This document shows positions 25,201 to 34,225 of a stretch of DNA of 39,186 nt, in pieces. The DNA lies in IMG/VR virus record IMGVR_UViG_3300008110_000512, positions 1-39,186 of that record; one strand, written 5' to 3'. The notes beneath the pieces are model-generated. The model was not told where the DNA came from. It searched no databases and worked only from the letters and a program-made list of their open reading frames with translations. Numbering within the stretch: the stretch's first letter is position 1; each line of letters starts with the position of its first letter. The position numbers and the translations under genes were made by a program. This stretch comes from a virus. Taxonomy: Duplodnaviria; Caudoviricetes.

Positions 25201-28200
25201 TCCATGTACGATGCGTTTGGCGTCTCCTCTGGTCTGGTGAACGCAATCCGATTTCCAGCCTGCGCCCCATTCGCCACCGCTTCCATGACGGCAGAGGACA
25301 GCACTGCGTACATCCAGTCGTTCGTCGGAACAAGACGCTGGTCCTTGTACGTCGATGCAAGAGGAGCGGCATACGGTCTGGCTCCTCCGATCTCCTTGTC
25401 AATCACCATGCCGAGAGTCGTCTTCTCGCGCATCGGTCCGTCTGGCGTTCCGAAAATATTATTCCACGTTGAATCCTCGAATGGCACTTTCCTATTGCCA
25501 TCACGGGCAAGATCAACGGTGTTGAAATGGGCCTTCGCGATATTCTTCATGTCCCGCGCGAAGTTCTCGGCGAATGCCGACGCTTGGGTATGGAATGCGG
25601 ATTGGGCCGCATGTATCTTCCGCTGTCGAACAAGTTCCCTTGGCGTCCTGTTACTGCCGACCTGCACGTCGATTGCGCCCTTGCCTCGAATCAACCCGTA
25701 CTCAAGCATCAGAACCTTGGCATCGTTGACATCGGTGACGGTGAACCTCGGGGACGTGATGCGACCATCAACGGACCTCTCCGCGATCGCCATCGCCACG
25801 AGCGCCCCGAAGTTCGCCCGATTGGCTGACAGTCTGGCCTTCGACTTCCTGCTGTTGATGTAGTTCCTAGCAACGGATCTGGCCGCGGATTCAATGGCGC
25901 GGGCGACGCCATTCAACGTGTCGTAGTCTTGGAAGTCGCGCGCCTCATCGAACCGAGAATAGAGAACGGCATCGACAGCATCGAACTCCAAAGCGAGTTT
26001 CTTCACGACTCCTCTGGTGTCAATGAACGGGTTGTCAAGATCAAGCGTCGTGTTTCGGTAGTTCCACTGGACGTCTCGGTCATACTTCCGTGCCAACTTC
26101 ACAGCGTCAGCCATCGCCTTTCTCTCTTTTTCGCTTAGGCTGTTGATGGCGATGTTCAGGATCGGATACGAAATGGAAACGTCGCGCTGGGGTTCCAGCC
26201 TGTTCGTTGCCGCCGCCTCTCTGCGCAGTTGCGTTGCGAGGTCTTGTTCAAGTTCGCCAAATTGAAAATCATCTGGAGCGACTGGGTTCAACTCCGATGC
26301 CGCGGTGTCAAATGCTTCCTGTAACGCATCGGTCTGCTCTCTGGTCAGATCTCCGATCGTATCCAGAACCGTTCCGCCAACCAATTCGGTTATCGCGTTC
26401 GCTTGCGATCCAAATGCGATCTCCGAAGACAACCTTTCCGCGAATGCCTTTGCAGCAGGCATCGCCTGATTGAACGTGTCGGCCTTGAGTTGCGCTGGTT
26501 CGTACGCAATCTGGTCCGTGGACGTCAGTTCAATGTCCCATGTGTTCAACTTGCTTCGCAAGAAATCTGACAGCGCGCTCTCAGTGAACATCGAATCCAG
26601 AGATCCACCAGCCCGCTCGACTGCTTCCTCGAACATTTGCGCGGCTGCGCCTGCCGCATTCATGCGGTAATTTGCATCCATCAAACTCTTGTGGTCCGCG
26701 CCAGACAACAGCGACTTATTACCGAGCGCGGCCTTCGCTTCATTCGCATGACCCATGCTCACGGTATTTGGGATGGATGTATCGAATGCCGAAAACTCCA
26801 TTGCTCGCTCGATGTAGTCGAACTCGGAAAGCCTGTCAGCGGCAATGCCTCTGGTAGCCATCTCGTTGTGCAGAATACTCTGCACCTCCTCGATGACCAC
26901 GTTCCTGCTCGGATCTGGAATACCGTCCTCGATCACCGCTCCCTGCGGTATCTGCTTGTCCATGTTCGGAAACGAAAGGCGGTAGTGCCCGACGATGTTT
27001 ACAACATCGAAGTGAGCACTTGGTGCCTCTATGTATAGCGGATCAGTGCGCGACACACGTTCCTGACGTTCACTCGCCCTCTGTGCCGTGATGGACGACT
27101 GCGCTGGACCGAATATGGTCGGACGGGAAGCCAACTCGGCTGCTTCCGTCGTTCCAACGGTCCCCGTCATTTGATTGAACGGGATCGGAGACGTGATGTC
27201 TCCGTAGTTCAATTTGATGCCGACCTCCGCGTAGTCGCGATTCTTTTCCTTGAAAGCATCTCCGCGGTACTCGGAAAACTTATCTCCGAGATCTGCGGTG
27301 ATCGACTCGATGGGAATGGCCGCATCCATCTCCGCGAGGAATTGGAGAGCGGTGAGTTTCGGTGCAGACGGAGATGCGACGGGCGCAGTCTCGAATCCGA
27401 GCGGATTCTTGAACAGCCACGGCATCAGGAAGCGCGCTTGATCCTTCGGAAGACCGCGAGTCGCCATCCACTGGGCCCACTCGTCCGTCGTCTGAATGTT
27501 CTTCGTCACGCCGACAATGGGCTTCTTGGCCGCAACGGCGTCGCGCAGTTCCTGCTTGAGATCGCCGAACCTGCTTCGGAACGGATTGTCTACTCCACGA
27601 GTATCAGTCGGGTCTAGGTTCCCGACGGTGAACCTCGGGTTGCCCTCCTGCGCGCCGCGCTGCGGGTTCAGTCGGATGTCGACCTGCGACGGCGGCTGCT
27701 GCTCGCGCATGGAGAACATCATGCGCGGATCGGCGGTCGGGTTCGCGTTGAAGTAGCCCTTGACTTGGTTCGGTTCAAAGGCGACATACACACCATTGCC
27801 CATGTCAACGCCGTCAAATCCCTGACGGCGCAACTTGTCGAAGACACGGGCCTGCGCGAGCGCGTAGTTCTGCGATGTTTCGAGTAACTTCTTGTCCTCT
27901 GTCGAGACATCCCTGTAGTAGTTGGCGGGGTTCTTCAGGTTGAGGACTGCGGGAATGACTCGCGATGCAGTATTGGTTCGGCGTGAAGCCCAAGGATCTG
28001 TTTGTGTCGGCTCTCTCTTGAATCCCATGCTGTCGTTCTGCATGGCATACATAGATGCGTCTTGAGGATTGGTTGTGAACCACGCCCCGCGCTTCCCGAT
28101 TCTGAACTTGTTGAAGTCCTTGTCCTTCGATGTTCCGTGATACACGGGAATGAGAGCGCCGTTCTCGTCCACAACCTTCGATCCAGCACTCCATGACTGC

Positions 28201-31200
28201 ATCGCAGGAGTCATCTCCTGCTGCGCGATCGGACGAAGGGAGAAGCGGGCGCCGCGGTATGGGGCTAGCCCTGCGACTCCCTTTTCCAGAGCCTCGAATG
28301 GAACGTCGTCGAACATGCGCCGTCCAGCGGTGTCTTCCACCGTGAACGACTGCCGCCAGACGGTTTCGCCTTCCGTCTCGTACAACTGGTCTGCCACGCG
28401 CCTGAGCGCCTCATCGCTGAGGGATGGGAACTGGAGGTTGTTTCCGAGAACTCGGACCCAACCCTTTGCCAGACCGTAGTCCCTGTTGTCGCGGAGTTGA
28501 CCCGTCACGGAGTCGATCATCAACTTGAACTGCGCGCGCTGGTCCTCAGACTGCTTCGCCGACTCCTTTTCCGACCACGCGGCAACGGCATCAATGTCCT
28601 TTCCAATGGCCTTGAGCGCCTCCTCGCGAACGCGAGAAGGATCAAAGCCACCGCCATCGTTGCCTTCGTCGACGAACTTGTCGAACTCCGCCGCGCGGAT
28701 CTTGAACGCCTTGCTCTTGGACTTCTCCGCCTTGCGAAGCAGGTAGTTCCTGAAGTCGTTCACGGCTTCGTTGGCCGCGATCATCTCGTGGTTCATGTCG
28801 CCGACATCTCCGTCAGCGAACTGCGGACCGTCCTGCGTCATCCACCACTCGCCGCGAAGATTCCGACGTGTGGAGAACATCGCCGTCGGTTCCTGCGGTG
28901 CAGCAGGCTGCTCCACAGGTGCCGTCTCTGCTTGCGGTACCGCCGATCCCTGCTGTGCTCGTGCACGGGCCTGCGGCTGCATCACCCCGCTGGGAATGAC
29001 CTGAGCGGAGACGCCTGCAAGCGCTTGAAGCGCGCTGACGGCGGTGGGAACGATAGCAGGGAGAGTCCCGCCAGCCTCTCCCTGATCCTTCTTCTCCTCC
29101 TCATCGGGAGGAACCGCGGCCTTTCCAGCCATAGCCGCCTGCTTCTCGGCCCCGCGCATGGATGCCGTCGCTCCTGCGGCCTGTGCGGAAGCCGCGGTGA
29201 CGGCGTCGCCTTCCTGCACACCCTGCTGTCGCAACTGAGCCTCGTACTCCGCCGCCTCGCGCATGTTCTTCTCGTACTGCGCCATCGCCGACTTGCGGTA
29301 CTGGGCGTCCAGAGTGAGGTTCGCCTCGCGCACGCCGCGCGCGCGCTGACCGAACATGTCGAGGACCGCCTTCGCGTGCTTTCCGAAGAAGCCACGCTTG
29401 TGAAGGGCATTCGACAGCCACGCGAGGAACTTGCGCGACTGCGCTCCCTCCGTCTGGCGGTAGGCGTTCTCATGCTCCGACGCGAGGGCGGTCGTCGTGC
29501 CCATCGTCTGCGTCGCGGTCTCGGCCACCGTCTCCTCGGCGAAACGCTCGACCACTGCCATCTCGCCCTGTGCTTGCTGGCGCGCCTCAGCCGTCTGCGT
29601 GGTGTCTCCGAGCACGCGCTGCGCGGCCTCGTACCGCGCGATCATGTCGTTGATGACCTCGGCATCGCTCGCGTTCGCGACCATCGGGTTGTAGCGCCGC
29701 CAGTAGGCGGCACCAGCGCGCAGCGAGAACACTGGGTCCATGTTGAACAGCAGGTTCATCCAGTGTGCGCCGCCTCGGCTGCGGTAGATGCCGCGGTGCA
29801 TGCCCTCGTGCGTCGCCGCGACGAATGCGCTGCGGAACGTCATGGCATCGCCGTTCTCTCGGATCAGGAAAACGCCATCGGCACTGGTCTGGCCGCTGTA
29901 GACTCCGTCCATCGGGATGTCGACGACCCGCGTTTCCCCGTTCTCCGTGATCTCGACGCTGCCATCGAGGATCGTCGCGGGGTTGCCAGCGTTCGCCAAC
30001 TGGCGCTCGCCTTCGCTCAGGTTCTTGGCCGAGACTGGCTTGAGATTGACCTTGACCTTTCCGCTGAACGGCGTCGGCGTGAACGTCTCGCCATTGGCTT
30101 CGGCCTCGGCCTGAGCCTGCTGCTGCTGCTGCTGGTGCTTCTCCATCAGCGCCCGCATGACGTGCGCCTGAATGTCGCCCTTCAGGTTCTGGACCGATGC
30201 CAGAACGTCTGGGCGTGTCGCCACGTTCGAGGTGCGAGGCTTTCCGCCTGCGTTCACCCTGTCGATGTCCAACTGGGCGTTGATCGTGTCGGACAAATAC
30301 TTGGAGTCCTGACTGGACACCTCGCCGACGGTCAGACCGCTCATGTTGGCGCGAGCCTCCAGAGCCGTGTTGACCGCATCCTTGTTCGCGCCGATGCCGT
30401 AGGGCACGATCTCCACGATCTGTCCACCAGCATTTCGGAGGACGAACGCGCCAGCAACGGCCTCGTTCGGTCCGACGTAGTTCGGGAGTCCTGTGATGAA
30501 CTGGGTGTTGCCAGTCTTCGCGGCCTCCATCACGTCGTTCGCCATCGCGTCCGCTGTGTAGTACAGCAGGTTGCCCTGACGGACTGGGTTCTTGACGTTG
30601 ATGCCTGCGGCATCCATGTCTGCCTTGACCTCGTCGGACAGCGTGACGTCGCTATGACGGGCGTCGACGATGACGGCCATGCGTCGGCCAGACCTGTAGT
30701 CCTCCAACTGCTGCTGGGCCATCGAAACGCCGAGCGCTGGCTGAGACATGCCGCTCAAGCGCTGGAGAGCGTTCTTGTCGGTGATCTGGTCAAGCACGCG
30801 CGTGACGATCGCCGCCGCCTTGGTGCGACCGATCTGGATGTCCTCTCCCTTGCGCTTGGCCTTCTGCGCCGCCATCGCGCCGACGCCAGTCACGCCGCCA
30901 GCGGCGAACGCCACGGGAGCGACCTCGATCGACTCGTTCCAGAACCGCGCCAAGGACGCATCGTCGTAGACCGTGTCGATCATCGCCGTCTGGGCGGCGA
31001 TGTTTCCGATCTCCTCAAGCGTCTCGACCGCGCCGACCTTTCCGATCGTGCCCGTCGCCTTGACCGCGCTGACGACGCCGCGCGTTCCGAGTGGCGAGGA
31101 CAATCCTTCAAGCATGTTTCGCGACAGGCGACCCGTGGTGTCCGCTCCGACAGCCGCGGCATGCTTGCCGCCACGCTGCGCCATGTTGGCCGCGCGCGAG

Positions 31201-32369
31201 CCCTTCGACGCGAGAATCGCCAACTCGAATGCGTTTCCGATGCCCTCGGACAGAGTCTCCGATACGGCACCCGTTCGTCCAGCGATGCGCTGCTGCGAGG
31301 CAGTCGGTGGCTTGGGCGCTTCCCTGCCCTCCATGCTCGCGCGCTGCTTCGCCTCCTCGTACCGCTGCTCAAGACGGGCTTGACCAGACTCGTAGCCCAT
31401 AGGGGCGAACATCGCCAGCCATGCGGGATTGGCCATCGCGGGCGCGGAGACGGCCACGGTTCCAGCCACGGTGCCCGCGAACTTTCCGACCCCGCTGCTG
31501 TCCTGAAGGACATCGCTCTTCAGGTTCCTGTTCATCGGATCGAATGGCTCCTCGAACTGGCTGACCGCGCCAACCAGACCTCCAGACACAGTCGGAGACG
31601 TCATCACCGCTGTGCGGTATGCGCCCATGACCGACCGCTGCACGCCTTCTCGGAACTCCTTGTTCTCCCCGAATCGCTCGGGCGCGTTCATGTAGTCGAT
31701 CTTCCGCTGGAGTTCCGCGGGGATCTCTGGCATGGGGTACGCCGCGTCGATCGCCGCGTCGTCCTTGTACTTGACGTCTTTCATCGTCCACGGCTTGCCG
31801 CGAACGGGATCGACGAAGTTCCTGCTCGCGAGATTGCGGATCCGCTGCTGCTGGCGACGCTCGGCATCGCGCAGACGCTGCGCTTCCTGACGTTGAATGT
31901 TGATGATGTCGAACTGATCCAGTTCCGTCTTGCTTGGGTAGTTCTCGTCCAACGCCGAACGGCTCTGGTCGAATACGAAAGACGCGGATCCTCCAATCAA
32001 GGATTGCGCCGCGCCTTCGATCACGCGGTACGTCCCGCCGACGAGATCGCTCATCTCGGCTTGGACAGCACCACGCTTGTTATTGCTCCAGTCGTCGAAC
32101 GACATGACTGGAAAGTCGTTGAGGTATGCCGACGCGCGGTATGACGCATATGCGTCTGGCCGACCAGCGGCAATCGCCTCTTCCCTCAGAATCCTGCGGC
32201 GTTCTGAGCGAATCTTGTCTTCAAGACCATCGAACGCCTTGCTCCAGTCTGGCGAATCGCGCATGACTCCACGCGACTCAAGCCACGACTGCGTGGCCTG
32301 AGCATTTCGGTCGATGTCCTTGTAGATGCCCTCGAACAGACCGTCGTCGATGAAGTCGTTGTTCTGCAT
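22203..32369 (-). CDS. Giant ejected polyvalent protein (zincin protease, ART-like, LPD38-like)
   Basis: 3388 aa, last gene of the ejection cluster. HEGMH...EETVAE; VYHGT...WFTTNP...LNLKNP...GFDGV...VAFEPNQVK; C-terminal DVTVDF...YMNASIQG region. Confidence 0.85.
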   Translation of the reverse strand: MQNNDFIDDGLFEGIYKDIDRNAQATQSWLESRGVMRDSPDWSKAFDGLEDKIRSERRRILREEAIAAGRPDAYASYRASAYLNDFPVMSFDDWSNNKRGAVQAEMSDLVGGTYRVIEGAAQSLIGGSASFVFDQSRSALDENYPSKTELDQFDIINIQRQEAQRLRDAERRQQQRIRNLASRNFVDPVRGKPWTMKDVKYKDDAAIDAAYPMPEIPAELQRKIDYMNAPERFGENKEFREGVQRSVMGAYRTAVMTSPTVSGGLVGAVSQFEEPFDPMNRNLKSDVLQDSSGVGKFAGTVAGTVAVSAPAMANPAWLAMFAPMGYESGQARLEQRYEEAKQRASMEGREAPKPPTASQQRIAGRTGAVSETLSEGIGNAFELAILASKGSRAANMAQRGGKHAAAVGADTTGRLSRNMLEGLSSPLGTRGVVSAVKATGTIGKVGAVETLEEIGNIAAQTAMIDTVYDDASLARFWNESIEVAPVAFAAGGVTGVGAMAAQKAKRKGEDIQIGRTKAAAIVTRVLDQITDKNALQRLSGMSQPALGVSMAQQQLEDYRSGRRMAVIVDARHSDVTLSDEVKADMDAAGINVKNPVRQGNLLYYTADAMANDVMEAAKTGNTQFITGLPNYVGPNEAVAGAFVLRNAGGQIVEIVPYGIGANKDAVNTALEARANMSGLTVGEVSSQDSKYLSDTINAQLDIDRVNAGGKPRTSNVATRPDVLASVQNLKGDIQAHVMRALMEKHQQQQQQAQAEAEANGETFTPTPFSGKVKVNLKPVSAKNLSEGERQLANAGNPATILDGSVEITENGETRVVDIPMDGVYSGQTSADGVFLIRENGDAMTFRSAFVAATHEGMHRGIYRSRGGAHWMNLLFNMDPVFSLRAGAAYWRRYNPMVANASDAEVINDMIARYEAAQRVLGDTTQTAEARQQAQGEMAVVERFAEETVAETATQTMGTTTALASEHENAYRQTEGAQSRKFLAWLSNALHKRGFFGKHAKAVLDMFGQRARGVREANLTLDAQYRKSAMAQYEKNMREAAEYEAQLRQQGVQEGDAVTAASAQAAGATASMRGAEKQAAMAGKAAVPPDEEEKKDQGEAGGTLPAIVPTAVSALQALAGVSAQVIPSGVMQPQARARAQQGSAVPQAETAPVEQPAAPQEPTAMFSTRRNLRGEWWMTQDGPQFADGDVGDMNHEMIAANEAVNDFRNYLLRKAEKSKSKAFKIRAAEFDKFVDEGNDGGGFDPSRVREEALKAIGKDIDAVAAWSEKESAKQSEDQRAQFKLMIDSVTGQLRDNRDYGLAKGWVRVLGNNLQFPSLSDEALRRVADQLYETEGETVWRQSFTVEDTAGRRMFDDVPFEALEKGVAGLAPYRGARFSLRPIAQQEMTPAMQSWSAGSKVVDENGALIPVYHGTSKDKDFNKFRIGKRGAWFTTNPQDASMYAMQNDSMGFKREPTQTDPWASRRTNTASRVIPAVLNLKNPANYYRDVSTEDKKLLETSQNYALAQARVFDKLRRQGFDGVDMGNGVYVAFEPNQVKGYFNANPTADPRMMFSMREQQPPSQVDIRLNPQRGAQEGNPRFTVGNLDPTDTRGVDNPFRSRFGDLKQELRDAVAAKKPIVGVTKNIQTTDEWAQWMATRGLPKDQARFLMPWLFKNPLGFETAPVASPSAPKLTALQFLAEMDAAIPIESITADLGDKFSEYRGDAFKEKNRDYAEVGIKLNYGDITSPIPFNQMTGTVGTTEAAELASRPTIFGPAQSSITAQRASERQERVSRTDPLYIEAPSAHFDVVNIVGHYRLSFPNMDKQIPQGAVIEDGIPDPSRNVVIEEVQSILHNEMATRGIAADRLSEFDYIERAMEFSAFDTSIPNTVSMGHANEAKAALGNKSLLSGADHKSLMDANYRMNAAGAAAQMFEEAVERAGGSLDSMFTESALSDFLRSKLNTWDIELTSTDQIAYEPAQLKADTFNQAMPAAKAFAERLSSEIAFGSQANAITELVGGTVLDTIGDLTREQTDALQEAFDTAASELNPVAPDDFQFGELEQDLATQLRREAAATNRLEPQRDVSISYPILNIAINSLSEKERKAMADAVKLARKYDRDVQWNYRNTTLDLDNPFIDTRGVVKKLALEFDAVDAVLYSRFDEARDFQDYDTLNGVARAIESAARSVARNYINSRKSKARLSANRANFGALVAMAIAERSVDGRITSPRFTVTDVNDAKVLMLEYGLIRGKGAIDVQVGSNRTPRELVRQRKIHAAQSAFHTQASAFAENFARDMKNIAKAHFNTVDLARDGNRKVPFEDSTWNNIFGTPDGPMREKTTLGMVIDKEIGGARPYAAPLASTYKDQRLVPTNDWMYAVLSSAVMEAVANGAQAGNRIAFTRPEETPNASYMDADKAASLYGWDVVETMEYLKTVGTAKKKARLDPAIERRKAAIAAKKANEKGMLRSYAESFFSDFDAPVVYETYQIPRKPEEGQSQPVEPIRPYGDMPRMQVILSDRLIEAAKSGQLYPMFSMRRGLVGLTDAIRQRFTDERIELRRYTEQDRRRRSGNMPDALNPYQGSRVMSARIGAQVGRLERRYGSLIYRMNQQGIDTGMMDQFLTAQHARERNAYIASINPAMPDGGSGMTNADADLLLANHRAGGTFGIMDAYATEWREILRDGLLDRLVSGIITQATYDRLTSTYQHYVPLRGRPAEPFDEDFEGQTAFGRGLSTQGRGMPRALGRQSRAEAVTSQVGFVAEDTVRRVERNRVANRFLRLVLATNDVGMAQVIRPSRRVNVDGEVRPVFDYDWMSGEAGKRNFGLFLDADMMIDGEQYRQGDLVVIQINNRRLADGMIAAQDLTGLMDVFNAPNNLFRSMTTGLLAPAFATKNLIRDLYTGTLQNYARNGILDTTAQTVRWVPSFFRILVDEWRGTGPTGSYERFVDAGGDMSFARGNDLTEKVEQFEAIERSVRNRNPDATSMIRYAVGWYPSLFKAAETATRLAHFNQRVSRFARGGPMTDEQAALSARDVTVDFGKKGAWMRVLNRTHLYMNASIQGSTNTLKALGAAKELAPTLVAIGFMQSLIARLNAGDDEETGMNRWDMESPYDKAAYLYLYDPRQNGNYVRSPQAYGFNVFTTLGSDIADAVFGNRTTAGDVVANFVDNSLNYLNAFGGSGVTKGMENMVSFAFPTLMRWFPELAFNSDFAGRAIHPEQPFGPETTQAFKAFENTPEIYRQLAEGLAEMGGANEIDPPALSAMDIHPDTLEYMVGFMFSGFGRTLQRLHGISTGEMESGDFPIRRDFMGTSAENDKFVVSEYNKIKGEAGVEQARLQAMRSPDAAQRNLGKLDLDVAEEGTQIRATDRAMRNLRDAIRSAQTPEEKEQLREMRMQLMRDVIRRRNERRNLTSPQ

Positions 32370-32378
32370 GTTGGCCTA

Positions 32379-33683
32379 TCAGATAGGGAGTCCGCTTCGG
32401 GAGGGTGCAGGCGCGGCGGGCTGACTGGAACGGGGAGCGGGCGCAGAAGGCGCTGGTGCCGTCGGAGAAATGCGTGGGTTGCGCTCAGCAGGTGTCGATC
32501 CGCCACCCTGTTCCTCTGGGCTCGGCGGAATCATTCCCTGCTGGAGAGCGACGTTTCCAGCCTGCAACTTCTGGGAGATCCAGTTGAACGCGGACTGCGT
32601 GCTCATGGCGTCGCTCGGTCCGTATCCGAAGTTCATCGCGAACAGCGATTGAAGCCGAGACATGTACTGCATCACGTCCTCTGGCTTCGACACGTTGATC
32701 GGGATGTCGACCGCCTGATCGCCCCACAGGTTCCTGTCGCTGGCGATCTGCATCGCCCACCAGATAGTCGGGTTTTCGCCGCCGTTGCCATCCGCTTCTA
32801 GCGTGATGTCGAACAATCCAGTGGTCTGCAACCCGCGACCTGCGCGCGAACGTCGCTTGTCTCCGCCGCCTGCAAAGAACTCCAAGGTGCCGAGCGCCGC
32901 TGCGTGACTGCTCTTTCCAGTAGCCATAGCCTTGGCGACAGCCTCGTCCCTGACGGACGGCATTGGGATTTCCGTGGCTCTGGTCAGAATCGCCATTTCA
33001 CGTTCCTGTGGATTGTTCATGTCCACAGGGCGGATCCGCTGCCCAAGGATGCGTGACGCGGTTGCCTGACCGAGCGTGTCCATCCGCAGAGCCTGCAACT
33101 CGTTGCCCTGACGCTTGCCTCCGTCGTACGCCATGTTCGCGCTCAGGCGGAACAACTGCTCCGCGACGAAGTCGGGGTAGTCGTTGGTCAGGCCGATCAG
33201 CGCTTCACGGGTGTCAGCGTTGACGTTTGGGTTCGCCCGAAGCGTCTTGTCCACCAGATCGGACGTACGCTGGACCTTCATCGCATGCTCCATGCGGCGG
33301 TCCATTTCGTCCCGTGTGGCGACGCGGGCGTTCAGCAGCGCCATCCACATCGACTGATCGACGGGAATCGCGCCGCCGTTGATGTTGATCGCAGGCGTTC
33401 CGTCGTCGAAGAACCCAAGATCGAACGTCTCCATTCCGACGGGATCGCCCTCGATGATGCCGCGCATAGCGAGGAACGGATCGCCGATGTCAGGGGCTCG
33501 ACCCTTCACCGCCGACTCGATCGCCTTGCGATCCTTGTCCTCTGGAGTCGCGATGCCCTGCGCGATGCCCTGCGTCGCCGAAGCGACGTCTGGGGATTTC
33601 TGCGGCATGTAGCCGCCGACCATGCCCGCTGTGTCGGGTGCGGTGTTATCTGGAGACAGAAGCGGGTCGTTGATTTCGCGCAT
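32379..33683 (-). CDS. Internal virion/ejection protein
   Basis: 434 aa, helical, located between the nozzle and the giant protein. Confidence 0.55.
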   Translation of the reverse strand: MREINDPLLSPDNTAPDTAGMVGGYMPQKSPDVASATQGIAQGIATPEDKDRKAIESAVKGRAPDIGDPFLAMRGIIEGDPVGMETFDLGFFDDGTPAININGGAIPVDQSMWMALLNARVATRDEMDRRMEHAMKVQRTSDLVDKTLRANPNVNADTREALIGLTNDYPDFVAEQLFRLSANMAYDGGKRQGNELQALRMDTLGQATASRILGQRIRPVDMNNPQEREMAILTRATEIPMPSVRDEAVAKAMATGKSSHAAALGTLEFFAGGGDKRRSRAGRGLQTTGLFDITLEADGNGGENPTIWWAMQIASDRNLWGDQAVDIPINVSKPEDVMQYMSRLQSLFAMNFGYGPSDAMSTQSAFNWISQKLQAGNVALQQGMIPPSPEEQGGGSTPAERNPRISPTAPAPSAPAPRSSQPAAPAPSRSGLPI

Positions 33684-33690
33684 GGCTTCC

Positions 33691-34215
33691 TCAGGTAATG
33701 GTTCCGCCGCCCCACGCCATCGTGGGCTGATTCTGTCCCCGTGGACTTCCTGCGTAGTTTGGTGCGTACTTGCCCACGGCTTCGTACAGCAGGTTGTCGA
33801 TGTTCATCGCGTTGAACTGGCCGCGCTCCGCGCGTAGGTCCGCGCGCTCGGACGCTTTCGCCCGACGCTGGATATCAAGGCTCTCGGTCAACTGGCGAAG
33901 GGCGCGTTCCACGGCGTTCTCCGCCTCTGATGCGGCGTACTGGCGCTCCTCGCGGATCATCTCCTTGCGGAAGTCGCGCTCCTCGCCGCGCTCCTCGCGC
34001 TCTGCCTCGCTCGACACCTCGTACTTGCGAAGCCAGTTCTGGTAGTCCGCTTCTGACTTCTTCGCCATCGACTTGTCCTCTTCGGACCGAGCCATGCCGC
34101 CAAGAATGGACGTTCCAAGACTCCGCATCGGGTTGTTGGGGTCGTACGACGCCATGCCCGCGCCGACTCCGCGCATCATGTCCGAGAAGAAATCGCCAGT
34201 GGAAGTATTCGCCAT
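33691..34215 (-). CDS. Internal virion/ejection protein
   Basis: 174 aa; Gly-rich amphipathic N-terminus plus a charged coiled coil. Confidence 0.55.
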   Translation of the reverse strand: MANTSTGDFFSDMMRGVGAGMASYDPNNPMRSLGTSILGGMARSEEDKSMAKKSEADYQNWLRKYEVSSEAEREERGEERDFRKEMIREERQYAASEAENAVERALRQLTESLDIQRRAKASERADLRAERGQFNAMNIDNLLYEAVGKYAPNYAGSPRGQNQPTMAWGGGTIT

Positions 34216-34225
34216 GTGTCACCTC

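Noticed and set aside
28497-32144. 1215-aa plus-strand ORF, and similar long ORFs at 1400..2614, 4667..6991, 9461..10969, 22800..24374 and 18041..19513(-)
   Set aside because: Antisense shadows of real genes in high-GC DNA; Arg/Leu/Val-rich with no motifs or RBS.
22203-32369. Virion RNA polymerase (N4- or crAss-like), suggested by size and by the hairpins
   Set aside because: No single-subunit or DxDxD double-psi catalytic motifs were recognised, the motifs fit polyvalent proteins, and the early promoters are host sigma70-type.
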